DNA from: Haliotis rufescens
Taxonomy: Eukaryota
DNA length: 64,000 nt
Reading direction: 5' to 3'
NCBI RefSeq assembly: GCF_023055435.1
Contig: NW_025964372.1
Span: forward strand, 51,646,001-51,710,000
The position numbers and the translations under genes were made by a program. This document shows positions 13,066 through 25,237 of the stretch, piece by piece. Position 1 is the stretch's first letter. The number at the start of each line of letters is the position of its first letter. The notes beneath the pieces were generated by a model. That model ran no database searches and was not told the DNA's origin. It saw only the letters and a list, made by a program, of their open reading frames with translations.

Positions 13066-13290
13066 ATATATGACTCAAGGCCGTGAATATTACAGCAATC
13101 TGCCTAAAGGCCCTGAATATTACAGCCATCTAATTAAAGGCCCTGAAAATTACTGCCATCTGACTAAAGGCCCTGAATATTACTGCCATCTGACTAAAGG
13201 CCCTGAATATTACTGCCATCTGACCAAAGGCCCTGATTATTATGGCCATCTGACTAAAGGCCCTGAATATTACGGCCTACTGACTCCTGA
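13066..13290. repeat. 30-bp minisatellite (tgactaaaggccctgaatattactgccatc), about 7 copies
   Basis: Direct periodicity. Confidence 0.92.
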
Positions 13291-14882
13291 CCACCCATGA
13301 GGACCCTCGTCCTTTAGCCATCAGTGCCAGCATGGCAATAGATACAGTGACATGATGCTTGCACCAAGCTATAGATTGCCGCTACTCCATCTGTGTCTGA
13401 ATCAATAACACAATATTCTCAGTATCAATATTTGGACTGGAGAGAAACATGTTTCTATTTTATTACCAATCCTGTGGTCAGTTGTCAAGTGTGGCTGGTG
13501 GCCAACGTCAGATAAATAGCATCATAGTAACTATGTTATAATGAGTTGATAATCAGCATGGCGAAGGCAAACAAAAAGCACAGGGATGTATCTGGACCTG
13601 CCCAGAAGCCGACAATTCAAACCGATGTCGGAAGCAAAAATTCCTTAACTGAACAATAAAATTCACTATTCATGATGTTTTAATTCTAGTAATGGCTTCA
13701 CCAGTGTTCATAGAGGAGACTTGTATTTCATCGACAACACTGTCAGCAGGTTCAAAAAAGAGTTTTACATTATAATCATTCTAAATTTAAGAAATCTGTT
13801 GAACAAAATACTAATTTTTCCCTGCTTGCTTGGTAAGGGCACATAGTTGGGGCTCGCAGATAAATCCCTCCGCCAGTTCCAAACAAGGTGGAGAAAGATA
13901 CTGATGCATACATCACATTCAGTGATACAGTACACGGGTACAATATCGTATCGTGATACAAGTAAGTCACATACAAATCATCAATTTCCAATGACAATCG
14001 CAATGAAAACAGTGCTTACTTTTACATTATAAACACATTCAATAATCAAAAAATAAATGAACACTTATCGTTAAGTTCCTAAATCGGAGAAAAGAAACAT
14101 TCTGATTGGATACAAAGGAAGAAAAAATATTTTGGAAGATGAGTCCCTGAGAGAGTATGAGAGGAAGTCCCTGTTGGCATTAAAGGAATGCTATACTAAA
14201 ATCATTAGGCAAATTCTTGTATTGATGTTTGTTTGTTGTTGTGTAATGTTGCATTCTGCAATATTCAAACCATAGGACTACAACCTGTAAATAATCAAGT
14301 TTGGACCAGACAATCCTGTGACTGATATTGTGATACACACCTAAACAAATGATATATCAAGGATATATGAAGACTGTATTGTGACCAATGTATCGCAATA
14401 TGTATCGTATACCTCATGTACCACTATACAAAACTGATATACAAGAATTTATGCTATACAGTGATATTACCGTCATAAAGCACATCTATATGACTGGAGA
14501 GTGATTCATGCACGACATTCTACACTGCAGTGTTCAAGCACAGCCAATGTATTATCATGATGAGTACAACATCAAAGGACAAGTTATGAAAAATACCCCA
14601 TGATTCAAGGATGTCACGGCGCCATTGTGCGACGCCATGTTCACGCCTCTGATTCTCAACATCTGTTCCCCATTCCCCAGTCCCAAGGCAAGTGTTGGTG
14701 CACAAATCCATGTCACAACTAATCTTGAGTCACGAACCTCGTGATTTTAAAAATCTTAAACCGAAACAAGATACTATTAAATAACATGAGATAATACTAA
14801 AAATGCAAACTCCAACATGTAACAGTGGTGAACAACAACATCAGCTTCAAGTCGCAAACTACCTGCTGCCACCGGCACCTAC

Positions 14883-15033
14883 CTGGATCTCCAGCTATCC
14901 TGGGTGTGTCCCCCCCAATCTGGGGAAAGGCGGGGGTCTGGGGGTCATCATTGTAGCGGTTGTCAACCAAGAGATGCTGCTGCTTGCTCTCAATCTCCTG
15001 CAGCTCCTTCTGGTAGATCATGCGCTGCTTCTC
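14883..15033 (-). CDS. WDR47: WDR47 coding exon (coiled-coil continuation EKQRMIYQKELQEIE...)
   Basis: ttacag|GAG acceptor, CCAG|GTAGGT donor. 151 nt, phase 0 to 1, in frame with both neighbouring exons. Confidence 0.85.
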
Positions 15034-15419
15034 CTGTAACCATGGCAACCACAGAGTGAGACCCTCGGATTCAGTGTTACAGTGAATAATATACATAACG
15101 ATGCTGCAATTTGTGATTTTGTAAAAAGTCTGATTACTGTTTGTCGTAAGCCAGTCAAAATGATGATATGGGGTAAAAGTTTATATTTTTACCATGTTTA
15201 CTAATCTATCAAATGGATAGTGGTCAAACCATTGTAAAAATTTACAATTTTTAATCTATGAGTGAGTCTAATAAAAATAATCTATCTATAGGGGTTCAGA
15301 CAGACAAATCCCTAAACCAAAAATAAGAGAATGAAAAGAAGAAAATGAGAGTAACCCCTTACTCCTCTGGTCCACCAAAGATACACCAGTTCAACCTGAT
15401 CAATAGTGTCCACTAACCT

Positions 15420-15930
15420 GCCTCCCAACTCCCCCACCCATACCTCCTCCCCCTTCCCCTACCCTGCACCCTACCTTTCCTTTACACCTTTCCCTCCCCT
15501 ACCCTGGTCGCACTCCCTCTATCCTTCCCTCCCTCCCTCTACCCTTCACTCCTCCCCCTCCCCTGCCTCTTCCCTTCCCTCTATCCCTGCCCTCCCCTGC
15601 CTCTATCATTCCCTATATCCCTGCTATCACCCCCTGCCTCTATCCTTCCCTCCCTCCCTCTACCCTTCACTCCTCCCCCTCCCCTGCCTCTTCCCTTCCC
15701 TCTATCCCTGCCCTCCCCTGCCTCTATCATTCCCTATATCCCTGCTATCACCCCTGCCTCTATCCTTCCCTCCCTCCCTCTACCCTTCACCCCTCCACTC
15801 CCCTGCCTCTTCCCTTTCCTCTATCCCTGCTTTCACCCCTGCCTCTTTCCTTCCCTCTATCCCTGACCTCCCCTCCATCCCTCTACCCCTGCCTCCTCCC
15901 CTCCCTCTATCACTGTTATTCCAACCTGCC
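15420..15930. repeat. polypyrimidine/polypurine low-complexity tract with an internal ~118-bp duplication
   Basis: Almost all C/T on the + strand; G-runs on the transcribed - strand. Confidence 0.9.
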
Positions 15931-15952
15931 TCCACCCTTGCAGTGCACCCAC

Positions 15953-17347
15953 CTGCAGTTCGAGCTGGTCCTGCAGGAGCTGTCTCTGCCTCTGGTACTC
16001 CTTGTACAGCTCATTGCTGGAGTCATGCACCGAGTTGCCCTGCACACGCGGGGACGTCCGGGACTCCATGGTCACACTCTGTGACGGCGACATTGATCTA
16101 GGGGGGACAACTGATGATCCTGGTTGAACCTGACCTTGAACTTGACCTCTGGGTGAAGCAGACGGAGGTGTTGAGCTTCTCGCAGGTGGTTTCCCTGGCG
16201 GAATACGCAGTGGTGATTTGATTTCATCAGATATAGAAGTGTGAGTGTCTACAATTTCACCAGTGGCAAACAGTTTGTCAACAGACATCAGCATCGGATT
16301 CTTCAAAGAGTTGTTGAGATTGGTTCCTGGGGCCATAGATCTGGAGAGGATGTTGAAGTCGTTAGAAGTGGACATGCTGTCCTTCCGCCCCTGGAACAGC
16401 CCACTGGTCAGGCCATCAAACTGCGGGTTCAGTGAGCGAGTCATGATCTCTGCTGACCGGGGTCTCACTGATGGAATAGCGGAGTGAGGAAACATCTTCG
16501 GCTTGATGGGAGTCACAAGGATCTGCTCAGACCAAGAAGCTTCCAGCGAAGGTCTAACAAAGGGTCGAATGTCTACATTCAGGGGTTTCTGTTCAAAGGG
16601 ACAGGAGAAGGTATCGTATGGGATGCTCTGTAACCACGACAATAAACTAAGATCAGCATCATTGAATCCAGTGTCACTCAGAACAGACGAGAACTTGATC
16701 TCGCTTTCATCGTTAGTTGCCTGCTGTTGGCAGTATTCAACACAGGATTCGTACAGGAGTCCCTTCAGCACGAGCTGGATGAGTCGGTCATTCTGGGCCG
16801 TGGTGTTCTTCAAGTCCCTTCTGTCCACAGGGAGGAACTTCTCCACCAGTGGCACGATGTCATTAAAGCACTGAACTCGGGCATTGCTGGGGTTCCAGTT
16901 CTGGAACTCAACGTGGTCCGAGAGTTTGGGGAGAGACAGAAGGAAACACAGGTTGCTGTACTCCTCCTTGTTGGGACAGAACTCCTCGAGGGAGTTCAAA
17001 CACTTCACCACCTCCTCCACGGTGAACTCGTAATTCTGCATCACATTAGGTTCAGATTTAATGCACAACAATTCCAGATACTTATGTTTCATGATGATGA
17101 ACTGGAACCCCTTCATGTCAAAGTTGTCGACGGTGACGAGGGGCTGGATAAACTCAATGACATCGTCCCACTGTCCATCGAGGATGAGTTGTCTCAGGAA
17201 CAGCATGTCGTCGGAGAAGAAGCCATTGATGATTCCTGTTTCCCGCTCCATAGACAACATGGAGATGTTGAGCTGTCTGTTGTGGAGGAACTCACAGATG
17301 AGTTTGACCACGTCCACTTCATTCATGACGAGATTCGCTGATGGCAT
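15953..17347 (-). CDS. WDR47: WDR47 first coding exon (LisH, CTLH, Ser/Pro-rich region, start of coiled coil)
   Basis: Translation VVKLICEFLHNRQLNISMLSMERETGIINGFFSDDMLFLRQLILDGQWDDVIEFIQPL...WNPSNARVQCF...LKGLLYESCVEYCQ closely matches the WDR47 N-terminus as I recall it. ATG at 17347, acceptor AG at 17451-17452, donor CAG|GTGGGT after 15953 (465 codons, phase 0). Confidence 0.95.
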
Positions 17348-17723
17348 TGTCAACTACAGAAAAAGAACAGCTAGTCTTCTACTCCTCAAGCAGATCTATG
17401 TCCGAACTCTTATACATCCAGTCTTTGCAACATAGTAAACTCCATTAATTCTGAAATCATAAATAATAACATGTATAATCAGGGTTACATGTAAATTATT
17501 AATACGATTTTATTACAAAGATGTTGAGAGGACATCGCTGATTTCTGTTCAATAACTAACTGATCAACTAGTAACTAACTTATGAAAATGGAAAAGAAAA
17601 ATGTTTCCTGTACAATTTTGAAAAGTCTTGTCATGTTAGTCACTTAATATATGTATTTGCTAAAATAAATATTTTGTTTTTAAATTTAAATTTTGTGTCT
17701 ATGTGACCAACTGATCGCAGCAG

Positions 17724-19262
17724 TAGGACTGTCATAACTCCAATTATCTTACTCAAGACCTACGGTAGTCATAGCATTAGGACTGTCATTACTCCAATTA
17801 TCTAACTCAAGACCTACGGTAGTCATAGCATTTGGACTGTCATTACTCCAATTATCTAACTCAAGACCTATGGTAGTCATAGCATTAGGACTGTCATAAC
17901 TCCAATTATCTAACTCAAGACCTACGGTAGTCATAGCATTAGGACTGTCATTACTCCAATTATCTAACTCAAGACCTAAGGTAGTCATAGCATTAGGACT
18001 GTCATTACTCCAATTATCTAACTCAAGACCTAAGGTAGTCATAGCATTAGGACTGTCATTACTCCAATTATCTAACTCAAGACCTATGGTAGTCATAGCA
18101 TTAAGACTGTCATTACTCCAATTATCTAACTCAAGACCTACGGTAGTCATAGCATTAGGACTGTCATTACTCCAATTATCTAACTCAAGACCTACGATAG
18201 TCATAGCATTAGGACTGTCATAACTCCAATTATCTAACTCAAGACCTACGATAGTCATAGCATTAGGACTGTCATAACTCCAATTATCTAACTCAAGACC
18301 TACGATAGTCATAGCATTAGGACTGTCATTACTCCAATTATCTAACTCAAGACCTACGATAGTCATAGCATTAGGACTGTCATAACTCCAATTATCTAAC
18401 TCAAGACCTACGATAGTCATAGCATTAGGACTGTCATAACTCCAATTATCTAACTCAAGACCTACGATAGTCATAGCATTAGGACTGTCATTACTCCAAT
18501 TATCTAACTCAAGACCTACGGTAGTCATAGCATTAGGACTGTCATTACTCCAATTATCTAACTCAAGACCTACGATAGTCAAAGCATTAGGACTGTCATT
18601 ACTCCAATTATCTAACTCAAGACCTACGATAGTCATAGCATTAGGACTGTCATTACTCCAATTATCTAACTCAAGACCTACAATAGTCATAGCATTAGGA
18701 CTGTCATAACTCCAATTATCTAACTCAAGACCTACGATAGTCATAGCAATAGGACTGTCATTACTCCAATTATCTAACTCAAGACCAACATTAGTCATAG
18801 CATTAGAACTGTCATTACTCCAATTATCTAACTCAAGACCTACGGTAGTCATAGCATTAGGACTGTCATAACTCCAATTATCTAACTCAAGACCTACGGT
18901 AGTCATAGCATTAGGACTGTCATTACTCCGATTATCTAACTCAAGACCTACGGTAGTCATAGCATTAGGACTGTCATTACTCCAATTATCTTACTCAAGA
19001 CCTACGGTAGTCATAGCATTAGGACTGACATTACTCCAATTATCTAACTCAAGACCTACATTAGTCATAGCATTAGAACTGTCATTACTCCAATTATCTA
19101 ACTCAAGACCTACGTTAGTCATAGCATTAGGACTGTCATTACTCCAATTATCTAACTCAAGACTTATGGTAGTCATAGCATTAGGACTGTCATTACTCCA
19201 ATTATCTAACTCAAGACCTACGGTAGTCATAGCATTAGGACTGTCATTACTCCAATTATCTA
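17724..19262. repeat. 54-bp minisatellite, about 28 highly similar copies
   Basis: Unit actcaagacctacggtagtcatagcattaggactgtcattactccaattatcta. Confidence 0.97.
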
Positions 19263-19283
19263 ATGATGTTGGATGATAAATAA

Positions 19284-19403
19284 AATCTCACCCTCATGTC
19301 TTTCGATATCGAATATATCAACACTCGTTGATAAAAGTGGAAAAAATCCTCAGCAAATCCTTGTGTTGATATATTTGATATCAAAAGACACTTGGGTGAG
19401 ATT
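19284..19403. repeat. palindromic (fold-back) element
   Basis: ~42-bp imperfect inverted arms aatctcaccc...gggtgagatt. Confidence 0.8.
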
Positions 19404-19681
19404 CTCTATATAACAATGTCATTCAAACAATAGGAATTACACAATGGGCATCCGGTCAGTTATCACTGCTGGGATCAAGAGTCCTACCCACTCATGTCAA
19501 GCTTGTTGACACCTTCTCCACATACCAATCACTGAATGGTGTTGGTTCAATTATTTTATTGCCTTTGAAGTTCCTTAATGCCATTCAACAGAGTCAACAT
19601 ATAAACTGTGTGGTTTTTTTAGGAAAACACTGTTTATTGTAATAAATGTTATATTTGGGATAACACTTTCTTAGTAAAGTA

Positions 19682-19778
19682 CAGATTCTCGTCCGGGATT
19701 CGAACCCACACTGCCAGAGTGAGGCACCTAATCGCCAGCACACAAAGTCAGTGATATAACCCACTCAGCCACTGAGGT
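19682..19778 (-). pseudogene. tRNA-like sequence (SINE head or tRNA pseudogene)
   Basis: A box TGGCTGAGTGG and B box GGTTCGAATCC with an over-long spacer; no convincing acceptor stem. Confidence 0.55.
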
Positions 19779-20973
19779 TTCCACAAAAATGAAAGTCCGA
19801 CAACTGGTAGTCTAAATCACGTACTTTGGGTACCCCACTGACAAGTGTAAATTGACACGGCTCCCATGGCCGAAAGTTATAGCCAAATTTGTACCCAAAA
19901 CAACAGTTATTGTATTGTTTTGATAATGTAATAGAAAAGTGATAGTAAAGTAACTTCAGGATACTAAAATCAGGGTTAGAACTTAATACCTCCAATACCG
20001 GTACTAGCCCGCCAGCGTGGGGCTAAACAACTTTCCCCATTGTTTTAACATTACAACAGCATCATATCTTTACCAAGGCAAGTAAAGCTTTTGGGTTTAG
20101 TTTTAACCCTGTAAATTTAATTTACATTTTAGAAACTGATGCAAAACATTTTGGGTAAAAAATCACAGACAGGTTTGAGGATAAAATCAAAAGAAATTTG
20201 GGGTACAAAATAACCACATCCATTAATAAGTGACAGAAAGGCTATTTTTTGGATTTACTAATTGGTTTACAGTTTCTGCTGGCATCTACAATAAAAAACA
20301 GTTCGAAATTTATTTCTAGATACCCCCTTCTACAACACGTTTACCATGTTTACTGGGGTAGACAGTACTGGCACTGGTCATATCCAAATAGTAGTATTTA
20401 ACTAGATAAAATAACCAGATTGTGGTAAAAATCTCTCTAATGTTTCACCAGGCCTAGTCTGGGAGAGTTTATCCCTGTGTCTACTACCATCGATGGAGTA
20501 GCATTGTTTACTAAGGTAGCAGCAGCAGTTGCTACACATGCAGAACCTCAGAACAAAGTGTAATCGGTTTCATTGAGTAATAAAGTGTCCAATACCAACA
20601 AGTTATATGTCTGCATTGAAACTGTATTTCATTAGCCTGCCGAACAGGGGTGAGAAAAGTGACAATAATATTTTTTTGTCTTTTGAAAGTACACATCAGA
20701 CATGTTTCATATAGTGTGCACACATAGATACTGGAGTTCGTACCTACAGTTGAGTTTGTACCGACAGAACATCTACCGCAATATTTGAATGGTGAATCAT
20801 TGTAAGAAGAGAAATACCAGAGAGCATGCAACTGGATGATGCATGTTTCTGCTTGAAGGCGTCAGTATTTTTTTCATGTTTACTGGCTCGTGTTCTTGTT
20901 CAAAAGTACAAAATAAAAGAATTCTCTTTCAAAACCTCTAAGGAAACGAAGGTAGTATGTGAGTAATACTTAC

Positions 20974-21130
20974 AAATCCTGTCGGTCACCATGAGGCCAT
21001 AAGAAACCAAACATTGAGCATTGTAATCCATCTGACAGATATGCAGCCATTAATTTTGGCCGGAAGCTGTCAGCGCCGCAAGGGAGGTAAGTCAAGAAAG
21101 CGTACGTAAAATACAGCGACGGAACGTCAC
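20974..21130 (-). promoter_or_regulatory. WDR47: putative WDR47 non-coding first exon and promoter
   Basis: Perfect GTAAGT donor at 20968-20973 on the - strand, local CpG enrichment, ETS motif CCGGAAG at about 21060. Confidence 0.5.
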
Positions 21131-21751
21131 CATTCTGTTAAATATTGTGCAGTGTTGTGAAAATACATTATCCTTGGGAACTCGACATGGGCAAAGTTGG
21201 GGAGGGGGAAGGGCACATGAAGGCACATCGTAATAAAAAGGGAAAAAATTCAACATGATCATGATGTCTGATCGGAACATCTTTACAGTCATGTTGATCT
21301 AAGAGTTTCAACCCTTTTATAAACCATTGCAATACATCAAGGATGAACATATATCATTCGTCTAATGTACTACAACTTGCTGAAAACCGTGTCAAATATT
21401 ACAACAAACACAGTGTACTCAAATTATGACATATTTACTATCAAACTACAATCCATACATATTTTCATTGACAGCTGAGTTTCAAATATGTAGCATCTTT
21501 TGCAGATGTTAAAATGCGTAAGAACACCAATAGAGAACACTTCACAACACACTGAGAAGATAAGCACAGAGGAAATCCCGTTCAATCCGTCCCAGTCACT
21601 GTAATGTTTGTAAGTCTCTCAGACAATGTCGTCAGTGAGGCCAGTGTTCGCATTACATTCTGGAATGTCTTGCCATGAGGCTCACAGAAAACATTTTCTC
21701 TCGCGTCATCTAGAAGGGTTTGTCAAGCAAAATGCCATTATTCAACTCGAT

Positions 21752-22357
21752 TTATCTCCTTTTCATCTGACGCAACCGTGCGCTCATGCTCCTCGTGACG
21801 GGGGTGCGGGGAGTCGACTCCGCGAACAAAGACCTTGATGATTTATTTCGTGAATATCGCCGGTACCTCTTCCTCCACAGCTTGTATACAGCACTTAGGA
21901 GGATGCAAGATGCTAATGATGTCCACAAAGCTGGTTTCAAGGCGGCGAACTTGGAGATGCTATAACTGACAGTGGTGCGAATGATGCACGGTAGAGATGC
22001 ATAGAGGGGGTTCCACATGTAGAAGATGAGGATAATTGGCGATGTAAGGTACACGAGGACGCTCAGGACATCCCTTAGGAACACTCGACTTAGAATCCTG
22101 TAAATATTGGAACTCTTCAACAGCCATTCCATGACAAGAATGCACAAGGATGACATTAAACAGACAAGTGCACTCTTTACCTCCAAATGAGAAGCAAGGA
22201 TCTCCTTTTGGAAATATCCCACAACAAACGACCACAGGAGGAAAGTCTCTGCGCTCAGCAACGACGAAATACGTCCCACGGATGTTGCAATGACTCTGAA
22301 AGGCGCCATTAAGAACTTTGCACCGAAGTGCGAGTACATAACGAGTGTTGGATTCAT
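21752..22357 (-). CDS. uncharacterised intronless multi-pass membrane protein (~201 aa) with a basic C-terminal tail
   Basis: Non-repetitive 606-nt ORF from the ATG at 22357. It has 4-5 hydrophobic segments followed by WRKRYRRYSR...STPRTPVTRSMSARLRQMKRR, and a CRE cluster sits just upstream. Confidence 0.6.
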   Translation of the reverse strand: MNPTLVMYSHFGAKFLMAPFRVIATSVGRISSLLSAETFLLWSFVVGYFQKEILASHLEVKSALVCLMSSLCILVMEWLLKSSNIYRILSRVFLRDVLSVLVYLTSPIILIFYMWNPLYASLPCIIRTTVSYSISKFAALKPALWTSLASCILLSAVYKLWRKRYRRYSRNKSSRSLFAESTPRTPVTRSMSARLRQMKRR

Positions 22358-22418
22358 TGCAAAGACCACCTTTTCACGGCTATCTAAAAAACGGTCCTTT
22401 GAACGTTGATATGACGCA

Positions 22419-22498
22419 TGACGTCACAGATAGCGTGATGTCAGAATTTCTCTATCACGTGACGTCATTGTTTTCAGCATGACGTCATAAGTCATTGT
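22419..22498. promoter_or_regulatory. cluster of three perfect CRE sites, an E-box and two Sox-like motifs
   Basis: TGACGTCA at 22419, 22460 and 22480; CACGTG at 22456; CATTGT at 22466 and 22493. Confidence 0.6.
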
Positions 22499-22501
22499 TC
22501 T

Positions 22502-22596
22502 AATAATTCGATTACATTGAAAGAATGGATATGACGTGCACTATCGCATTATGATAGTGCACGTCGTATCCATTCTTTCAATGTAATCGAATTATT
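22502..22596. repeat. near-perfect palindrome (44-bp arms, 7-nt loop)
   Basis: aataattcgattacattgaaagaatggatatgacgtgcactatc-gcattat-reverse complement, with 1 mismatch. Confidence 0.93.
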
Positions 22597-22701
22597 TCGT
22601 AAAGATTAACGTGATCTCAAAGATGAAACGAAACACTCTCTTAGTAACAGTTTAATGGGGCCAGCCTAGCTCCAGGCCAGCGGTATATGGTCTCTGGTTG
22701 T

Positions 22702-22953
22702 TTTGTTTGTTTGTTGTTTAACGCCGCACTCAGCAATATTCCAGCTATATGACGGCGGTCCGTAAATAATCGAGTCTGGACCAGACAATCTAGTGATTGA
22801 CATCATGAGCATCGATGCGATGGGATCGATGACATACATCAACCAAGTCAGCGAACCTGACCACCCAATCCCGCCAGTCGCCTTTTACGACAAGCATAGT
22901 CGCCTTTTAGAGCAAGCATGGGTTGCTGAGGACCTATTCTACCCGAAACGTCA
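22702..22953 (-). mobile_element. retroposon family B
   Basis: 13-bp TSD ggtctctggttgt at 22689 and 22954. Confidence 0.92.
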
Positions 22954-23852
22954 GGTCTCTGGTTGTAATGAAACATATGCACTATTACCCAATTCACAGT
23001 TGTTTTAGTTGTTTTATTGATTTATTTATTTTTTTAAATTTAGACATGACTCAATACAAATAATAGATCAATATAAACCAAAAACTAACAAGGGCGCCAG
23101 TGAACAAAATTGTTTTGCCTCAAATACAAACATAACGTCTCATCCAACTTTACCATTATATACGTGTTGGTATATGGTCTGAAACGTCTTAAACAAGTGT
23201 TTTTCTCCCTTAAATCGCCTTAACGCGGAAACAAAAGTGTAGCGAATTCACAAAACACTACTGTATTTCAGTGAAGAACCGGCTTATTTGCGTTAATAAG
23301 GGTTTTTTTAGATATCAGGGGCACAGTCGCGCAGTCAGCGGATGCGTAAAGGGGGATAACTCGTGTTGTGGCGGAATATACATTGAGTCACTTTCACATG
23401 ATGCCGACATGGCGTTTCTAAGAAGGTGAAGCGACTCGACAGGTCGCACGAGGACTGAGATGTGTCGGCTTTAAATTACTTCCTGATTGTAATTATATAT
23501 CGCGGCTTTGATGATAGGCTGATCATATAAACAAAAGGTAAGCATATACCATGCATGAGAATAGTAGAGATGTTGGAGCGAGCCCATAGAGAGCCGTGTT
23601 TACACATGCAAGGCGTGCGACAACTTGCCCGGCACAGCGGCGCTCGCCAGACTAACCTGGCTTGCCCCAAATATTGCTGTTTCATAAGGCTAGTTCAAGC
23701 TGATAGTTAATTGCAGTTGACATTATAACGAGAGAAGTCTAGCATGATATTTAGATAGCCGTTTGCTGTAGACCCGTACACACAAACAACATGGCGGATT
23801 GTTGGGCCTGTCTAATTCAGTCTTTAGCGATCGAGCGCTCGGGATAACAGGT

Positions 23853-24199
23853 GGTGAGGTGAAATGGGGTTTAACATGGCGTCCAAGATTATTGCACTTA
23901 TATAGCGACGTGCATGTACGTGTGTGTGTGTTTGTGTGGCTGCTTGTACTAGTACTGATGTCGATTTATAGTGCAAGCTCACTGAGATACCATGCCGCAG
24001 TTCAACATGAATACCCCACTCAGACACAGTATACTGACTCCGAGCCGCCCAGTCCTTGTTTTGGCCCCTAATGCCGAGCGCCAGACAGGGTAACAACAAG
24101 TACCATCTTTTAACCTCTTTTGGTATGACGCGGCCGGGGAACCCCGGACCTTCCGGTCTCCGGGCGGACGCTCTACCACTAGACTACGGAGGCGGTCCC
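23853..24199 (-). mobile_element. SINE family D (tRNA-like head, Meta-domain-like core)
   Basis: Core gtcataccaaaagaggttaaaagatggtacttgttgttaccctgtctggcgctcggcatta resembles the MetaSINE domain. Confidence 0.8.
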
Positions 24200-24329
24200 T
24201 CGGAATAACACTTACCGTTTTATTCGCAATATAATTGCAGACATTATCAATCTAAAAATAAGTTTGTTTATGATAAATATAACATATTGTAGTTAATATA
24301 TTATTAACCATTTGGGTTGCAGAGCGAAT

Positions 24330-24637
24330 ATCTGGTGGATAGAGCGTCTGTCCCTTTAAGGCCAGTACGATCTCCTGGCCGCGTCACACTAAAACACGTT
24401 CAGGGTGGTACTTGTTGTTACCTTGCCTGATGTTCGGCATAAAGGGATAAAACATGGAGTGGTCGGTTTGGTCTCATGTTAAAACTGCGATATGGTATAT
24501 CTCAGTGTGCTATCGCTGTAAAACTGGCATACGCCTGGACGAGTACAAGCAGTCACACACATATGCGCGTGCAAACATGTCGCTATATAAGTGCAATAAT
24601 CTTGAACGGGATGTTAAACCACATTTCGACTCACCTC
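24330..24637 (+). mobile_element. SINE family D, second copy in inverted orientation
   Basis: Shares ggtacttgttgttacc and gtcgctatataagtgcaataatctt with the copy at 23853-24199. Confidence 0.8.
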
Positions 24638-24867
24638 AAGCATGAATCGAACTAGTTGTAGTCATCTTTAAAAAATAAGACAATTTTAGTGATAATGTTA
24701 ATATGATGTACCAACAGCCATACACGTTTGAGGCACTTGTCAAATGTCCTTTCTTGGTTGAATGAGACAAAACTGTGTCCTGTCTGCTCCAGACCATTTC
24801 TCCAAGGGTTCTTCAACCTTCGTCACTTCAAGGCTTCCTCCAACACTCAATGGACACCGAAACACCG

Positions 24868-24967
24868 TCCACTGTGGCGTTAAACCCCCAAATCACTGTT
24901 GCGTTAACCCCATAATCACTGTTGCGTTAAACCCCCAAATCACTGTGGCGTTAAACCCCTAATCACT
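24868..24967. repeat. 24-bp tandem repeat (cactgtggcgttaaacccccaaat), 4 copies
   Basis: Direct periodicity; the unit resembles the shared retroposon 3' tail. Confidence 0.85.
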
Positions 24968-24983
24968 AACCCACTTTAGGAAA

Positions 24984-25237
24984 CGGGTGGCCCAATCGCT
25001 TAAGGCGCCGCAATTCGCTGTGCAGAGTTGCGTCCCTTCGGCACGTCAGAAACCTATCATTGGTTCGAATCCTGGTTTGCCTGAGTACGTTTTTAGGTTT
25101 GTCAGCACCATAATCGTGCTCGTGGGTTTCACCAAAATGGTAAACGTCTGAGACCTGCATCACTTAGGGCTTTCCTCCAACGCCATGAGATATACTGGAA
25201 AACTGTTCAAAGCAGCGTTAAACCCAACTCACTCACT
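24984..25237 (+). mobile_element. SINE family C (tRNA-Leu/Ser-like long head, V-domain-like core, (ACTC)n tail)
   Basis: B box GGTTCGAATCC; core gtgggtttcacc...gggctttctcc. Confidence 0.85.

Noticed and set aside
12780-13400. Candidate extra WDR47 exons near 12850 and 13396
   Set aside because: Acceptor-like sites run into stops in the required phase with no good donor.
16241-17435. Antisense ORFs over WDR47 (and similar ones over the ZNF gene)
   Set aside because: Shadows of codon bias in GC-rich coding exons.
17724-19262. CRISPR-like array or repeat protein
   Set aside because: Contiguous tandem units with no unique spacers, no cas genes, and a eukaryotic context.
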